64,000 bases of DNA from positions 51,423-115,422 of the forward strand of contig CAZKLT010000001.1 in assembly GCA_964553825.1 (NCBI GenBank), in the 5' to 3' direction. Shown here piece after piece: positions 48,677-59,096 of the stretch (its first letter is position 1; each line of letters begins with the position of its first letter). This DNA comes from an uncultured Gammaproteobacteria bacterium. GTDB taxonomy: Bacteria > Patescibacteriota > Microgenomatia > UBA10105 > UBA927. Below the pieces are notes generated by a model that saw nothing but the letters and a program-made list of their open reading frames with translations, was not told the origin of the DNA and made no database searches. The translations under genes and the position numbers were made by a program.

Positions 48677-50079
48677 CCTTTTCGCGTAATCTCCAGGATA
48701 ACGATACTTGATGCAGGCATAAATATTTCTTTCTTCAGCGATGTTTCGGTGACCTGTTCGGTAAGCGTGACATCCGTTCCCTGGAAAAACCGTTGGCGAT
48801 AGGTGTATGTGCCCGGAGTAAGGCCGTCTATGGATACCGGGACCTTCTCCGAGCGAGTGCCGCGGGTGTCAAAATTGACGAGGAGGACACGAAGGACATT
48901 GTCTCGGGTTGAAGCAAAGCCAGTGACCCAGGTGCCTTCACCGGAGAGTGACACACGCTGTCCTGCCATGGAATCGATAAATGGATACACGAAGTAGCGT
49001 GGCTTTTTCCTTTTGCCGTTATTTTCGTGTGTGATGAGCCCCCAGCCGCTTCCGTCTTCCTGGTTGGGTCCGTCTTTGGGTTGGAAAGAGAAGGCATACG
49101 TCGGTCCGCCACTTATAAACTGACGAATGACCGCTGCCGCGTGCGCTGCCGCGTATGCCGTGCCATATTGGGTTGATTTGTCTCCCGTGATTCCGAATTC
49201 CGTTATGAGTGTCGGGATAAGCGTAAATTTCGGATAGGGGAGAAGCCATGAAATGAGATCTTCCTGATCCTTCGCGTATCGAGCGGGATCCCGTTGATAG
49301 GTGTGCCAGGAAAGAAAATCAATCCTGTTGCCGCTGCCGATGAGCGCCAGTATCCAATTCTTGTACAGGCCTGTTGTTGAAGGGCCGCCGAGATAAAATG
49401 TGTTGACATTCTGCGCGCGCCCCGCGCCCGCCGCCGCATACCGATAGAGTGTAACATAGCTTTTTTCTCCGCTATATTTCCATGATCCGAATTGTGCCAA
49501 ATCCGGCTCGTTCCATACTTCGTAATATACGCCGCTTAAGTTTTTCCCGTTCCGACCGCTATAGTGTTCAATAGTACGCTGTACGACAAGAGACCATTCA
49601 TCCCAGTTGTTGGGCGGATTTATAATGATGCCATCCTTGGCGATAACCGAGGGCATATACGATAACGCCAGAAGCGGCTTGGCTCCCGTCGCGAGGATGG
49701 TATCCACTGCGGCATCAAGTTTTGACCAGTTGAACGTAAGACCGCTTCCGTCCCGTCCTACGACATCGTGATGATCATATAAGTGATCGAGGCGTATAAT
49801 TTTGGGATTAAGCGCACGGATATCGTCGACCACCGGCGCGATCATATCCGTACTTTCTTCTCCTCCCTGCGAAAAGGCATGATAGAAAGAAAGATCAAGT
49901 TGTTCCAGCTTCAGCTGCGCGTTTACCGAGATATTGGCGGGTTTCCCTGAGGCGCGCGTGATAACCGTGACAACTTCGCGGGTACCCAGAATCAGCAGGG
50001 GCATGAATACAAGAAGGGCGACAAGGGATACGATTTGGGTTGCTTTAAACGATGTCTGCCTGACAAATATATTTGCCAT
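48673..50079 (-). CDS. Secreted glycoside hydrolase, clan GH-A (GH39/GH5-like)
   Basis: Signal anchor. YYEVWNEPD (NEP acid/base motif of (beta/alpha)8 clan A hydrolases) and a later TEFG nucleophile-like region. Confidence 0.6.
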   Translation of the reverse strand: MANIFVRQTSFKATQIVSLVALLVFMPLLILGTREVVTVITRASGKPANISVNAQLKLEQLDLSFYHAFSQGGEESTDMIAPVVDDIRALNPKIIRLDHLYDHHDVVGRDGSGLTFNWSKLDAAVDTILATGAKPLLALSYMPSVIAKDGIIINPPNNWDEWSLVVQRTIEHYSGRNGKNLSGVYYEVWNEPDLAQFGSWKYSGEKSYVTLYRYAAAGAGRAQNVNTFYLGGPSTTGLYKNWILALIGSGNRIDFLSWHTYQRDPARYAKDQEDLISWLLPYPKFTLIPTLITEFGITGDKSTQYGTAYAAAHAAAVIRQFISGGPTYAFSFQPKDGPNQEDGSGWGLITHENNGKRKKPRYFVYPFIDSMAGQRVSLSGEGTWVTGFASTRDNVLRVLLVNFDTRGTRSEKVPVSIDGLTPGTYTYRQRFFQGTDVTLTEQVTETSLKKEIFMPASSIVILEITRKG

Positions 50080-50083
50080 AGAA

Positions 50084-51145
50084 TTATTTTATAAATACCG
50101 GTATCAATGCACCAGAGAGTAAAAATATCACGCCGACCACGATAAGCATGATCGTCATATCGACGCTTCCGGAGACCGGGATGCCGCTTCCTGACGCATC
50201 GACCACGAATGGGACTGTAGTTGTTTGTGTTTCTCCGGTTGTCGGATCGGATGCTACTGCAACCACGGTGTGTGGCCCCGGTTCAAGCGCCTCATCCGGC
50301 GTATATGTCCAGTTGCCATTTTCATCTACGGTAACAACGACGGTTTTCGGTTCGGAATAAATAGTCAGCGTGACGGTAGAACCGGGAGGTGCTGTCCCGC
50401 TGAAGGTTGGTTTATCGGTTAGCACCTGTTCGTTTTCGGCTATCGTATCAATCGTTATGGAGGATGGCGTTGCCTCAGCACTACCGGTGGCGGCGAGCGT
50501 GGGTGTAAGGGTAGGTGTGAGGCTACCTGAAGGTGTGCCTGTGGGCGTCGTTGTTATGGTGACTGATGGCGGTGGCGTAACGGATGTTGTAGCGGTTTCC
50601 TGTGTTCCGTCTGCGCGCAGAAGCGTGATATTTGATGGCGTTGTGCCGATAAGAACGTTGTTTTCTCCTTCTCCTATGGCGTTTGCGAAGGTTTCCGGTG
50701 CGGGAGCAAACCGTACTGATACGGGCGATGCGGAAGAATCGATAACTTTCATGGTCAAGACTGCGACCGTGCCAGCTCCGGTAATCGGTTCTGCGGTGCT
50801 TTTGGCACTGACGGTGATGGAGGCTTTGCCGACGGGATCGATTTTTCCGGACACGCGGATGCTTGGTGCAAGTGGTCCGTTGGTGATGTCCAGGCCCTGC
50901 AGTTTGGCGGGATCGTAGACAATGCGGATTTGGACGACGCCAACTTGGTTGGAGGCAGTATCCAGTTTCACCTCAAGGGTAAACGTGTCGCCAACCTTTT
51001 TCGTAAGCGCCGTCGGTGCCAGGGTGATTGTTGAGGCAGGGGCTGCCTTTTTGCGAACTTCCTGATTTTTCCCTACCAAAAAGACCGTAGCAGGAATGGC
51101 AAGGAGCATAAGTCCAATAGAAACAAAAAGGAACAGTTTTTTCAT
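50084..51145 (-). CDS. Cell-surface protein with cohesin/Ig-like domains, Thr/Pro-rich linker and C-terminal TM anchor
   Basis: MKKLFLF signal anchor. TPTGTPSGSLTPTLTPTL linker. DENGNWTYTPDEALEPGPHTVV is a bacterial Ig-like motif. C-terminal hydrophobic helix. Lies 4 nt upstream of the GH gene on the same strand. Confidence 0.5.
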   Translation of the reverse strand: MKKLFLFVSIGLMLLAIPATVFLVGKNQEVRKKAAPASTITLAPTALTKKVGDTFTLEVKLDTASNQVGVVQIRIVYDPAKLQGLDITNGPLAPSIRVSGKIDPVGKASITVSAKSTAEPITGAGTVAVLTMKVIDSSASPVSVRFAPAPETFANAIGEGENNVLIGTTPSNITLLRADGTQETATTSVTPPPSVTITTTPTGTPSGSLTPTLTPTLAATGSAEATPSSITIDTIAENEQVLTDKPTFSGTAPPGSTVTLTIYSEPKTVVVTVDENGNWTYTPDEALEPGPHTVVAVASDPTTGETQTTTVPFVVDASGSGIPVSGSVDMTIMLIVVGVIFLLSGALIPVFIK

Positions 51146-51201
51146 CCGTACATCCATTATGGTCGTATATATATAAAAATCGCAAGTGTAAGATGAAGGG
51201 G

Positions 51202-51238
51202 TTGACAGGTGTTAGCACTCAATGTATATTATTGCTAA
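51202..51238 (+). promoter_or_regulatory. sigma70-like promoter (TTGACA-17-TATATT) overlapping a CIRCE operator upstream of hrcA
   Basis: TTGACA at 51202-51207, a 17 nt spacer, TATATT at 51225-51230. CIRCE TTAGCACTC-N9-TATTGCTAA at 51212-51238 has its left half perfect and its right half degenerate. Confidence 0.6.
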
Positions 51239-51262
51239 TCTTGCCTAGTTAGGAGATTGTAT

Positions 51263-52000
51263 ATGGACGACCAAGTGAAGGATCTCACACCACGACAAAT
51301 TCAGATTCTCAAGGCAATTATTGAGGAATATATCTCGACGGCTGAGCCTGTCGGAAGCGAAACACTCGACAAAAAACATAACCTTGGCGTCTCTCCAGCA
51401 ACGATCAGAAATGAAATGGTCAGACTTACCGAGATGAAGCTCCTTCATCAGCCCCATACGTCTGCAGGTCGCAGTCCCACACCGATTGCCATGAAGTACT
51501 ATGTGGATGAACTCATGAAGCCCAGAGACATGTCGGTCACCGAAGAGGTTTCCGTAAAGGAAAAAATCTGGGATTACCGTCAGGAAGTCGATAAATTGCT
51601 TCGCGAAGCGACCAAGACGTTGGCAGAGAACACCAAAACGCTTGCAATTTCCGCGACCAAAGAAGGTGACCTGTATTATGCGGGTGCGGCAAACATTCTG
51701 GATATGCCCGAGTTTTACGATTACGAATTGACGCATCAACTGTTTGAAACACTTGATCAGTTTGATTTTTGGTGGAGAATTTTGGAAGGACAGAGTGCGC
51801 CATTTCATATCGTGCTCGGTGAAGAGTTCGGGTCAAAAGGGAGTCTTGACCAGTGCGGATTCATTTATACGAAATTTGTAACGCCACACGTGTCGGGAGC
51901 TATTGGCGTCGTGGGACCATCACGTCTGAATTATCAGCAAATCGTGCCCGTCGTGCGCTACATGGGCGGACTTATCGATGAATTTGCAAGTGCTTGGTAA
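51263..52000 (+). CDS. hrcA: Heat-inducible transcription repressor HrcA (short form)
   Basis: LTPRQIQILKAIIEEYISTAEPVGSETL...GVSPATIRNEM is the HrcA winged-helix N-terminus. ATG at 51263 with a TAGGAGA RBS (the track start at 51257 is TTG). Confidence 0.85.
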   Translation: MDDQVKDLTPRQIQILKAIIEEYISTAEPVGSETLDKKHNLGVSPATIRNEMVRLTEMKLLHQPHTSAGRSPTPIAMKYYVDELMKPRDMSVTEEVSVKEKIWDYRQEVDKLLREATKTLAENTKTLAISATKEGDLYYAGAANILDMPEFYDYELTHQLFETLDQFDFWWRILEGQSAPFHIVLGEEFGSKGSLDQCGFIYTKFVTPHVSGAIGVVGPSRLNYQQIVPVVRYMGGLIDEFASAW

Positions 52001-52011
52001 ATACACATACC

Positions 52012-52473
52012 ATGAAGAAGACAAACGACCAAAATAATCAAAAAGTCGATGCGCCAACCGAAAACGTCAACGGAGAAGCGGAAGAATGGAAAAACAAATA
52101 TCTTCGGGCGCTTGCGGATTATCAGAATCTGGAAAAGCGTACGCAGGGTGAGGTGCAGGAGGCACGCAAATTTGCGGCAGAACGAATTCTGTCCCGCCTC
52201 CTTCCTGTGGCAGATACCTTCCGTAAGGTGCGTGAACATATCCATGACGCCGGGTTGGAGTTGGCAATTAAGGAATATAACGCAGTGCTCGCAGAACACG
52301 GGGTAGAACAGATAGCCGTAGTTGGCCGTCCATTTGATCCGCATGAGATGGAATGCATCGAGGTCGTTGTCGGACCGGACAACGAGGTTGTTGAAGAAGT
52401 GCTCCCGGGTTACCGGTTGCACGGTAAAATTTTGAGAGTAGCCCAAGTAAAAGTTGGAAAACGTGCTACTTAA
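52012..52473 (+). CDS. grpE: Nucleotide exchange factor GrpE
   Basis: [14 protein letters not shown]...[13 protein letters not shown]...[17 protein letters not shown]. The track start at 51994 is TTG, so the ATG at 52012 is preferred. Confidence 0.85.
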   Translation: MKKTNDQNNQKVDAPTENVNGEAEEWKNKYLRALADYQNLEKRTQGEVQEARKFAAERILSRLLPVADTFRKVREHIHDAGLELAIKEYNAVLAEHGVEQIAVVGRPFDPHEMECIEVVVGPDNEVVEEVLPGYRLHGKILRVAQVKVGKRAT

Positions 52474-52490
52474 ACATTAAAGGAGGATAT

Positions 52491-54398
52491 ATGGCAAAAA
52501 TTATCGGTATTGATCTGGGTACAACCAATTCGTGTGTCGCCGTTATGGAGGGAGGATCTCCCAAAGTTATTCATTCAGCTGAGGGAAGAAATGTCATCCC
52601 TTCTGTTGTCGATCCGATCAAGAACATTGTGGGTGATGTGGCCAAGCGGCAAATGGTGATGAATCCAAAGTCGACGATTTACTCTGTTAAACGACTCGTC
52701 GGCCGAAAGTTGAGCGATCCATCCGTGCAAACGGATATTAAATTGCTTCCTTATGCCATCAAATCCGGGAAAAATGATATGGCGGTCGTTGAAGTAGAAG
52801 GAAAAGAGTTTACCCCGCAGGAGATTTCCGCCAAAGTATTGGCAAAAATTAAGGCTGATGCCGAAAAGTATTTGGGAGAGCCGGTAAAACAAGCGGTTAT
52901 TACCGTGCCAGCCTATTTTGACGACAGCCAGAGACAAGCCACAAAACAGGCCGGAGAGATTGCGGGACTTGAGGTTATGCGCATTCTCAACGAGCCGACA
53001 GCTGCGGCTCTCGCATACGGGCTCGATAAGAAAAATGCCCACACCATCGCAGTGTATGACCTGGGAGGTGGAACTTTTGACATTTCCATCCTTGAGTTGG
53101 GTGACGGAGTGTATCAGGTGAAAGCTACCAATGGTGATACACACCTAGGGGGCGATGATTTTGACAAGGCAATTTTGGATTATCTTGCTGATGAGTTTAA
53201 AAAAGAACATGGTGTAGACCTGCGAAAAGATCCACAAGCGCTGCAGCGACTGCGTGATTCCGCGGAAAAGGCCAAAATCGAGCTTTCGTCTTCCATGGAA
53301 GCGGAGATTAACCTCCCCTTTATCACCCAGGGAAAAGATGGTCCCGTTCATTTGGTTACGAAGCTGACCCGGGCAAAGCTCGAGGGGTTAGTTGAAGGTC
53401 TTATCGAGCGGACGATTGAGCCGGTAAAGAAATGTCTGGCAGATGCCAAAGTGAGCGTTTCGGATGTCAATGAAGTGGTGCTGGTCGGCGGCATGACCCG
53501 TATGCCGAAAGTTATTGAGTCGGTGAAGAAATTCTTCGGCAAGGACCCCAACGCGTCGGTAAACCCCGATGAGGTGGTCGCTGTAGGCGCCGCCGTTCAG
53601 GCAGGCGTTCTGTCCGGAGACGTAAAAGATGTGGTATTGCTGGACGTTACGCCGCTCACACTGGGCGTGGAAACGCTTGGCGGTGTTTCAACACCGCTTA
53701 TCTCCCGGAATACCACGGTACCCACAAGTAAGTCTGAAATTTTTTCGACTGCCGCTGATAATCAGACATCGGTGGAAATTAATGTTCTGCAGGGAGAGCG
53801 GCCTATGGCCGCTGATAATAAATCCCTGGGTCGGTTTATCTTGTCAGGCATCCCTGCAGCACCTCGTGGAGTACCGCAGGTGGAGGTGACCTTTGATATC
53901 GATGCCTCGGGCATTTTGAACGTTACCGCTAAAGATAAGGCCAGCGGAAAGACCGCCAATATTAAAATTACGGGGTCTACCGGTCTGTCAAAAGAGGAAG
54001 TAGAAAAAATGAAGAAAGAGGCGGAAGCCAACGCCGCAGCTGATGCCGAGAAAAAGGAGAAAATTGAAGCAAGAAATAAAGCGGATAATTTGCTCTATGT
54101 TGCAGAGAAGACGCTGAAAGACGCAGGTGACAAGGCAAAGCCGGAGGACAAAAAGGATGTTGAAGACAAGGTAAAAGCGCTCAAAGACATCCTAGATTCC
54201 GGTTCGAAAGAAGATCTCGAAAAGAAAACAAGCGAACTATCGGATGCCGTCCAAAAAGTTGGTGCCGCGGCCTACCAGCAGGGACAACCGCCAGCTGATG
54301 CAGGGGCTCAGGCAGGTTCCGGAAGCCAGAATGCTGAGGAGAAAAAAGACGACAAAAAAGACGATAAAAAAGTCGAAGAAGGGGAAGTCGTCAGCTGA
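52491..54398 (+). CDS. dnaK: Molecular chaperone DnaK (Hsp70)
   Basis: [34 protein letters not shown]. Full-length Hsp70. AGGAGG RBS. Confidence 0.95.
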   Translation: MAKIIGIDLGTTNSCVAVMEGGSPKVIHSAEGRNVIPSVVDPIKNIVGDVAKRQMVMNPKSTIYSVKRLVGRKLSDPSVQTDIKLLPYAIKSGKNDMAVVEVEGKEFTPQEISAKVLAKIKADAEKYLGEPVKQAVITVPAYFDDSQRQATKQAGEIAGLEVMRILNEPTAAALAYGLDKKNAHTIAVYDLGGGTFDISILELGDGVYQVKATNGDTHLGGDDFDKAILDYLADEFKKEHGVDLRKDPQALQRLRDSAEKAKIELSSSMEAEINLPFITQGKDGPVHLVTKLTRAKLEGLVEGLIERTIEPVKKCLADAKVSVSDVNEVVLVGGMTRMPKVIESVKKFFGKDPNASVNPDEVVAVGAAVQAGVLSGDVKDVVLLDVTPLTLGVETLGGVSTPLISRNTTVPTSKSEIFSTAADNQTSVEINVLQGERPMAADNKSLGRFILSGIPAAPRGVPQVEVTFDIDASGILNVTAKDKASGKTANIKITGSTGLSKEEVEKMKKEAEANAAADAEKKEKIEARNKADNLLYVAEKTLKDAGDKAKPEDKKDVEDKVKALKDILDSGSKEDLEKKTSELSDAVQKVGAAAYQQGQPPADAGAQAGSGSQNAEEKKDDKKDDKKVEEGEVVS

Positions 54399-54424
54399 TA
54401 TACCGTTGGTCATTTGCGAAAATG

Positions 54425-54442
54425 GGCGCGCGAAAGCGCGCC
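54425..54442 (+). other. GC-rich stem-loop in the dnaK-dnaJ intergenic region (no T-tract)
   Basis: GGCGCGC-GAAA-GCGCGCC perfect 7-bp stem. Not followed by a U-run, so it is more likely a processing or stability element or a partial attenuator than a terminator. Confidence 0.4.
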
Positions 54443-54457
54443 TATTGAGTGGAGAGT

Positions 54458-55360
54458 ATGGCAACAAAACGTGATTACTATGACGTATTGGGGGTCGCAA
54501 AGACCGCTTCCTCCGATGAGTTAAAAAAAGCATATCGAAAGCTTGCTCTGGAGTGGCACCCGGATCGCAACAAGAGCGCAGACGCCCACGAGAAATTTAA
54601 GGAAATTAATGAGGCGTACGAAGTGCTTTCAGATGCCAAAAAGCGGTCGACCTATGATCAGTTTGGCCATCAGGCGTTCCAGCCGGGTATGGGTGGCGCA
54701 GGGGCGCACGGTGGTCCGTATGGGGGTGGAGGATTCAGGCAGGGGCCGTTTACCTATTATTATCAGAGCGGAGGCAATGGCGGAAGTCCGTTTGACGGCG
54801 TTGATTTTTCCGATCCCTTTGATATTTTCGAACAGTTTTTTGGAGGCGGATTTGGCGGAGGATTCGGACGCGGTGGCGGAAGGCCACGTGAGGCATACCA
54901 GCTGACCATCGAATTCATGGACGCCGTGAAGGGTGCGTCCCGTGAGATTCATCTACCGCGTGGAGCTGCAGGGCAGGGTAGCACAAAAAAAACGATCAAG
55001 ATACCTGCAGGAGTTGATACAGGTTCACGTATCCGGTTCGATGAGTTCGATGTCATTATTGAAGTGCGTCCGGATAAGAAATTTAAGCGGGAGGGAAACG
55101 ATCTGGTGACTGAGCAGGAAATTACGTTTAGTCAGGCTGCACTTGGCGCGGTTATTGAGGTTCCCACTATTGATGATCCGGTCAAAATTCGGGTGCAACC
55201 TGGTACGCAACCCGGTACCCTCATACGTTTGCGAGGGAAAGGTGTGCCCAGTGTGCGCGGAGGCGCGCGGGGAGATCAATATGTTCGGGTCACGCTCAAG
55301 GTCCCGACTCATCTTACAAAGCGTCAAAAAGAGATTCTCGAAGAATTGGAGCAAAGTTGA
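54458..55360 (+). CDS. dnaJ: DnaJ-family co-chaperone lacking the Cys-rich zinc-finger domain (type II/CbpA-like)
   Basis: J-domain DYYDVLGV...[14 protein letters not shown] (HPD), a G/F-rich region and C-terminal substrate-binding domains. No CxxCxGxG repeats are present. Confidence 0.8.
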   Translation: MATKRDYYDVLGVAKTASSDELKKAYRKLALEWHPDRNKSADAHEKFKEINEAYEVLSDAKKRSTYDQFGHQAFQPGMGGAGAHGGPYGGGGFRQGPFTYYYQSGGNGGSPFDGVDFSDPFDIFEQFFGGGFGGGFGRGGGRPREAYQLTIEFMDAVKGASREIHLPRGAAGQGSTKKTIKIPAGVDTGSRIRFDEFDVIIEVRPDKKFKREGNDLVTEQEITFSQAALGAVIEVPTIDDPVKIRVQPGTQPGTLIRLRGKGVPSVRGGARGDQYVRVTLKVPTHLTKRQKEILEELEQS

Positions 55361-55407
55361 CTCAAACGTCGTTCATGCTATAATAGGCATAAGAATAGAG
55401 GGAGATG

Positions 55408-55433
55408 AGGTGGGAGCAGACCCCACCTTTTTT
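55408..55433 (+). terminator. Rho-independent terminator after dnaJ
   Basis: GGTGGG-AGCAGA-CCCACC stem-loop followed by TTTTTT. It lies inside the track's N-terminal extension of the nusA ORF, which supports the later nusA start. Confidence 0.7.
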
Positions 55434-55455
55434 ATTAAGTAAAGGAAAAAAACGT

Positions 55456-56574
55456 ATGCCAGCAACAGTCAGAAGTGAATTCAGCTTAGCGTTAAATCAG
55501 GTTGCCACCGAGCGGGGAATTGACCCGACCATCGTTTTGGAAACTATCAAGGCAGCAATACTGGCTGCATATCGAAAAGATTACGGCATGGATGAGCTCG
55601 AGCAGCTGTCCGTTGAATTGAATCCGGATACGGGCGAGGCAAAAATCTTCAAAGAAGGGAAAGATATAACCCCTCCAGGATTTGGCCGCATTGCTGCCCA
55701 GACGGCCAAACAGGTAATTCTTCAGCGTATCCGTGAGGCGGAAAAGCAGGCAGTTCTGGCGGATTACGAAACAAAAGTAGGTAATATTGTTCCCGGCATG
55801 GTACTGCGATTTGACGGACCCAATGTGGTTGTTGATATCGGCAGGACACAGGCGGTTATGCCGGTATCTGAGCAGAGTCAGGGCGAGCGGTATCACCTCA
55901 ACCAGCGGCTGACGTTCTATATCGAAGGAATTCGAGAGACCACCCGTGGTAATGAAATTATCGTGTCCCGTGCGCACAAGGGTCTCGTCGAGGGATTGTT
56001 CCGACGAGAAGTTCCTGAAGTGGCACAGGGCGCAGTTGAACTCAAGATTATAGCGCGTGAGGCCGGCGGCAGGACAAAGATTGCCGTCCACTCAACGCAG
56101 AGCGGTGTGGATCCGGTTGGTTCCTGTGTGGGACAGAAGGGCGTTCGCGTCCAGGGCGTTATCAGTGAACTTGGCGGAAGTGAAAAAGTAGATATCATCC
56201 AATACAGCGAAGATGCCAAACAATTTATAACGGCAGCACTGGCTCCAGCCAAAGATGTCGAAGTCATTCTTGATAACGAGAAGAAATCAGCAACGGTGCT
56301 CGTGCCTGAAGATCAGTTGTCTTTGGCTATCGGCCGGGATGGTCAGAATGTCCGTTTGGCAGCCAAGCTGACGGGCTGGAAAATTGATATTCAAGGAAAG
56401 GCAGTGGTTAAGCCGGAAGTGGTTGAAGATCAGCCGCAGACAGCGGGCACGAATGAAGCACCTGAAGTGCAGGCAGCCTCAGAAGCGCCTCAAGCGCCAC
56501 CCGCAGTGTCCCAGCCAACCGATCCGTCGCAACAGAATGTAACTTCTCCGCAAGATTCCGGGAAACAGGAATAG
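55456..56574 (+). CDS. nusA: Transcription termination/antitermination factor NusA
   Basis: NTD, S1 and KH1/KH2 organisation (GGRTKIAVHS...GQKGVRVQ...AIGRDGQNVRLAAKLTGWKIDI). ATG at 55456 with an AAGGA RBS. Confidence 0.85.
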   Translation: MPATVRSEFSLALNQVATERGIDPTIVLETIKAAILAAYRKDYGMDELEQLSVELNPDTGEAKIFKEGKDITPPGFGRIAAQTAKQVILQRIREAEKQAVLADYETKVGNIVPGMVLRFDGPNVVVDIGRTQAVMPVSEQSQGERYHLNQRLTFYIEGIRETTRGNEIIVSRAHKGLVEGLFRREVPEVAQGAVELKIIAREAGGRTKIAVHSTQSGVDPVGSCVGQKGVRVQGVISELGGSEKVDIIQYSEDAKQFITAALAPAKDVEVILDNEKKSATVLVPEDQLSLAIGRDGQNVRLAAKLTGWKIDIQGKAVVKPEVVEDQPQTAGTNEAPEVQAASEAPQAPPAVSQPTDPSQQNVTSPQDSGKQE

Positions 56575-56608
56575 CGTATGAAACGTGGGGAGTTTTTTAT
56601 TATAAGCA

Positions 56609-58087
56609 ATGAACAAGCAGGAAAAACAGTCTTCTTTGCAGACTCGGCCGCCAATCGTTGCGGTTCTCGGGCACGTTGATCACGGAAAAACCTCTCTCCT
56701 TGATACCATTCGCCAGGCAGACGTCGCCTCCCGCGAGCACGGGGGCATCACCCAACATATAGGTGCGTATCAGATTGTCGTTGATGGAAAGCCGATTACC
56801 TTCATTGATACTCCCGGTCATGAGGCTTTCGCAAAAATGCGGTCCCGGGGCGCTACAGTGGCTGACATCGTCCTTCTTGTCGTTGCGGCGGATGATAGCG
56901 TGAAACCGCAAACACAAGAATCTATCGCGCAGATAAAAAGCGCCGGAGTAAGTCTTATTGTGGTGGTGAATAAAATTGATCTTCCCGGTGCCAATGCTGA
57001 ACGCGTAAAAAAGGATTTAGCCCGTGAAGGGGTTCAGGTGGAGGGATTCGGAGGAGATGTGCCCATTGCGCTTGTATCTGCAAAAGCAAAAACGGGCATA
57101 AAAGAACTTCTGGAGCTTATTCTTCTTGTCGCACAGATGAAGGAGCTTCAGGCGGATGCCAACGGTCCTTTTGAAGCGATTGTGATAGAAACGAGAGTAG
57201 ATAAAGGAAAGGGACTGGTCGCTTCTATCGTCGTGAAAAATGGAATGCTTCGAGGAGGGATGAATATTTTTGAAGATGCACGGCAGGTGGCCCGGGTGCG
57301 GGCAATGTTTGATGAGCACGGAAAAGGTGTTGTCGAAGCATTGCCGGCTCGTCCGGTGGAAGTGCTAGGGTTTACAACCCTCCCGTCAGTCGGTGGCATT
57401 CTCAAAGATGTGCCTCAGAAACCGGTTGTTGAAGCGGGAACCGAAGTGAAGCCGGATGCCGGTGCACTTATGGGCCTTCCTGATTGGCTTAAACCGGTAG
57501 CCGAACAGGAAAAAGAAAAGCTCAACATCGTTTTGAAGGCTGATACGGCAGGATCACTCGAGGCAATCGTCGCTGCCCTGCCTGACCGGATTCGGGTAGT
57601 CAGTAGCAGCGTCGGTGACATTAGCGAGGCGGATGTGCTTCTGGCGCGAGGCTCTAAGGCGTTTGTCATTGGATTTGCCGTAAAGTGTCCGGCGAATGTG
57701 GCGAAACTCGCCCAGACAGAAAAGGTGGTCCATAGAACCTATAACATAATTTATGAGCTTATTGATGAATTGACGGAAGTGGTAAGCGGCATTAAGGAAG
57801 TACTGACTTCCGAACGGGAACTCGGGACAGGACTTATCATTGCCCAGTTTCCGTATGAAAAGTCACGTATCGCCGGCACAAAGGTTCAGTCAGGACGTCT
57901 TGCCCGCGGGGATATGGTGAAAATAGTCCGCGCTGAAGTTGAAATCGGTCGTGCTAAGATCAAATCGATCCGAAAAGGTAAAGAAGAAGTGACCAAAGTG
58001 GAAGAGGGGACGGAGTGCGGAATTCTCCTGGACCGCGAAGTTGCGTTTGAGGTAAATGATGGTATAATTGCCGTCACTACAGGCTAA
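56609..58087 (+). CDS. infB: Translation initiation factor IF-2, short form (G-domain onward, 492 aa)
   Basis: PPIVAVLGHVDHGKTSLLD, DTPGHEAF, NKID. The long N-terminal domains of canonical bacterial IF2 are absent. Confidence 0.9.
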   Translation: MNKQEKQSSLQTRPPIVAVLGHVDHGKTSLLDTIRQADVASREHGGITQHIGAYQIVVDGKPITFIDTPGHEAFAKMRSRGATVADIVLLVVAADDSVKPQTQESIAQIKSAGVSLIVVVNKIDLPGANAERVKKDLAREGVQVEGFGGDVPIALVSAKAKTGIKELLELILLVAQMKELQADANGPFEAIVIETRVDKGKGLVASIVVKNGMLRGGMNIFEDARQVARVRAMFDEHGKGVVEALPARPVEVLGFTTLPSVGGILKDVPQKPVVEAGTEVKPDAGALMGLPDWLKPVAEQEKEKLNIVLKADTAGSLEAIVAALPDRIRVVSSSVGDISEADVLLARGSKAFVIGFAVKCPANVAKLAQTEKVVHRTYNIIYELIDELTEVVSGIKEVLTSERELGTGLIIAQFPYEKSRIAGTKVQSGRLARGDMVKIVRAEVEIGRAKIKSIRKGKEEVTKVEEGTECGILLDREVAFEVNDGIIAVTTG

Positions 58088-58090
58088 CTT

Positions 58091-59014
58091 ATGGACTTTG
58101 CGAATGACATACAAAAGGTGAAGGAGCTTCTGGATAAGTCCCAGGATATCCTCATTGTTACCCATGAGCGACCCACGGCTGATAGTGTGGGAAGCGCGCT
58201 TGCGCTTTATTTGGCGTTGGCGAACATGGGTAAACGGGTTACCATTGCGTGTCCGGACCCTATGATCGTGGAACATTCCAGTTTCGTAGGTGCCAATAAA
58301 TTCATAACGACACTCGGAAAGAAAAATTTTGTCATTTCTCTTGATTATGTTGATGGCTCCATTGAGAAGGTAAGCTATAACATCGAGGGCAACAAATTTA
58401 ATTTGGTTATTGAGCCGCGGGTTGGATTTGATGTGTTTTCGCCCGACAAAGTGCATTACGCGTATGCCGGAAGCAATGCTCAGCTTATTTTTACTGTGGA
58501 CACCATTCATCTCGGCGGTCTGAAAAAACTGTTTGACGATGATAAGGATATGTATGCGACGAAACCCGTGGTGAATCTCGACCGTCATCCGAACAACGCA
58601 CATTACGGACACACCAATATGATCGATGCTGGGGCATCGTCAACAGCTGAAATTGTTTACACGCTTCTTGACGGAATTGCCGCTCCCATAACTGAAGATA
58701 TCGCGACGAATCTTTTAAATGCGGTGTATGGGGCAACCAATAATTTTCAGAATCCGAATGTAGGCGCTGGCGCATTTGCATTGGCAGCTGCGGCATTAAA
58801 TGCCGGCGGTAAACGTTTCACCCGTACGGTCGTTAAAGAGGAAATTGTGCCACAGCCCGTACAGGAAACGCCCGTGGACATGCCGGTGAAACCAGAAGTT
58901 CGTGCGCAGTCTTCCGTCGGTGCGCAGCCGCCGTCCGCCGTAGATGCATCAAAAACAAAAGCTCCTCCTGACTGGCTCAAGCCGAAAATATTTAAGAGTT
59001 CGCACCTCTCATAA
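58091..59014 (+). CDS. DHH-family phosphoesterase (NrnA-like oligoribonuclease/pAp phosphatase)
   Basis: ILIVTHERPTADSVGSALAL, DRHPNN and a GGH-like region resemble the DHH/DHHA1 family. Sits at the position rbfA/truB occupy in other bacteria. Confidence 0.7.
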   Translation: MDFANDIQKVKELLDKSQDILIVTHERPTADSVGSALALYLALANMGKRVTIACPDPMIVEHSSFVGANKFITTLGKKNFVISLDYVDGSIEKVSYNIEGNKFNLVIEPRVGFDVFSPDKVHYAYAGSNAQLIFTVDTIHLGGLKKLFDDDKDMYATKPVVNLDRHPNNAHYGHTNMIDAGASSTAEIVYTLLDGIAAPITEDIATNLLNAVYGATNNFQNPNVGAGAFALAAAALNAGGKRFTRTVVKEEIVPQPVQETPVDMPVKPEVRAQSSVGAQPPSAVDASKTKAPPDWLKPKIFKSSHLS

Positions 59015-59096
59015 CCAAATGTCGTCTTGTACATTTCCTCAGAATGCTGTAAAATACGAATAATCGGAGCAGAACAGCGCTCCTTTTTCAATAGAT

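Noticed and set aside
50370-50918. 182-aa plus-strand ORF antisense to the T/P-rich surface protein gene
   Set aside because: A Val/Gly/Ala-rich mirror of the Thr/Pro-rich linker region on the opposite strand.
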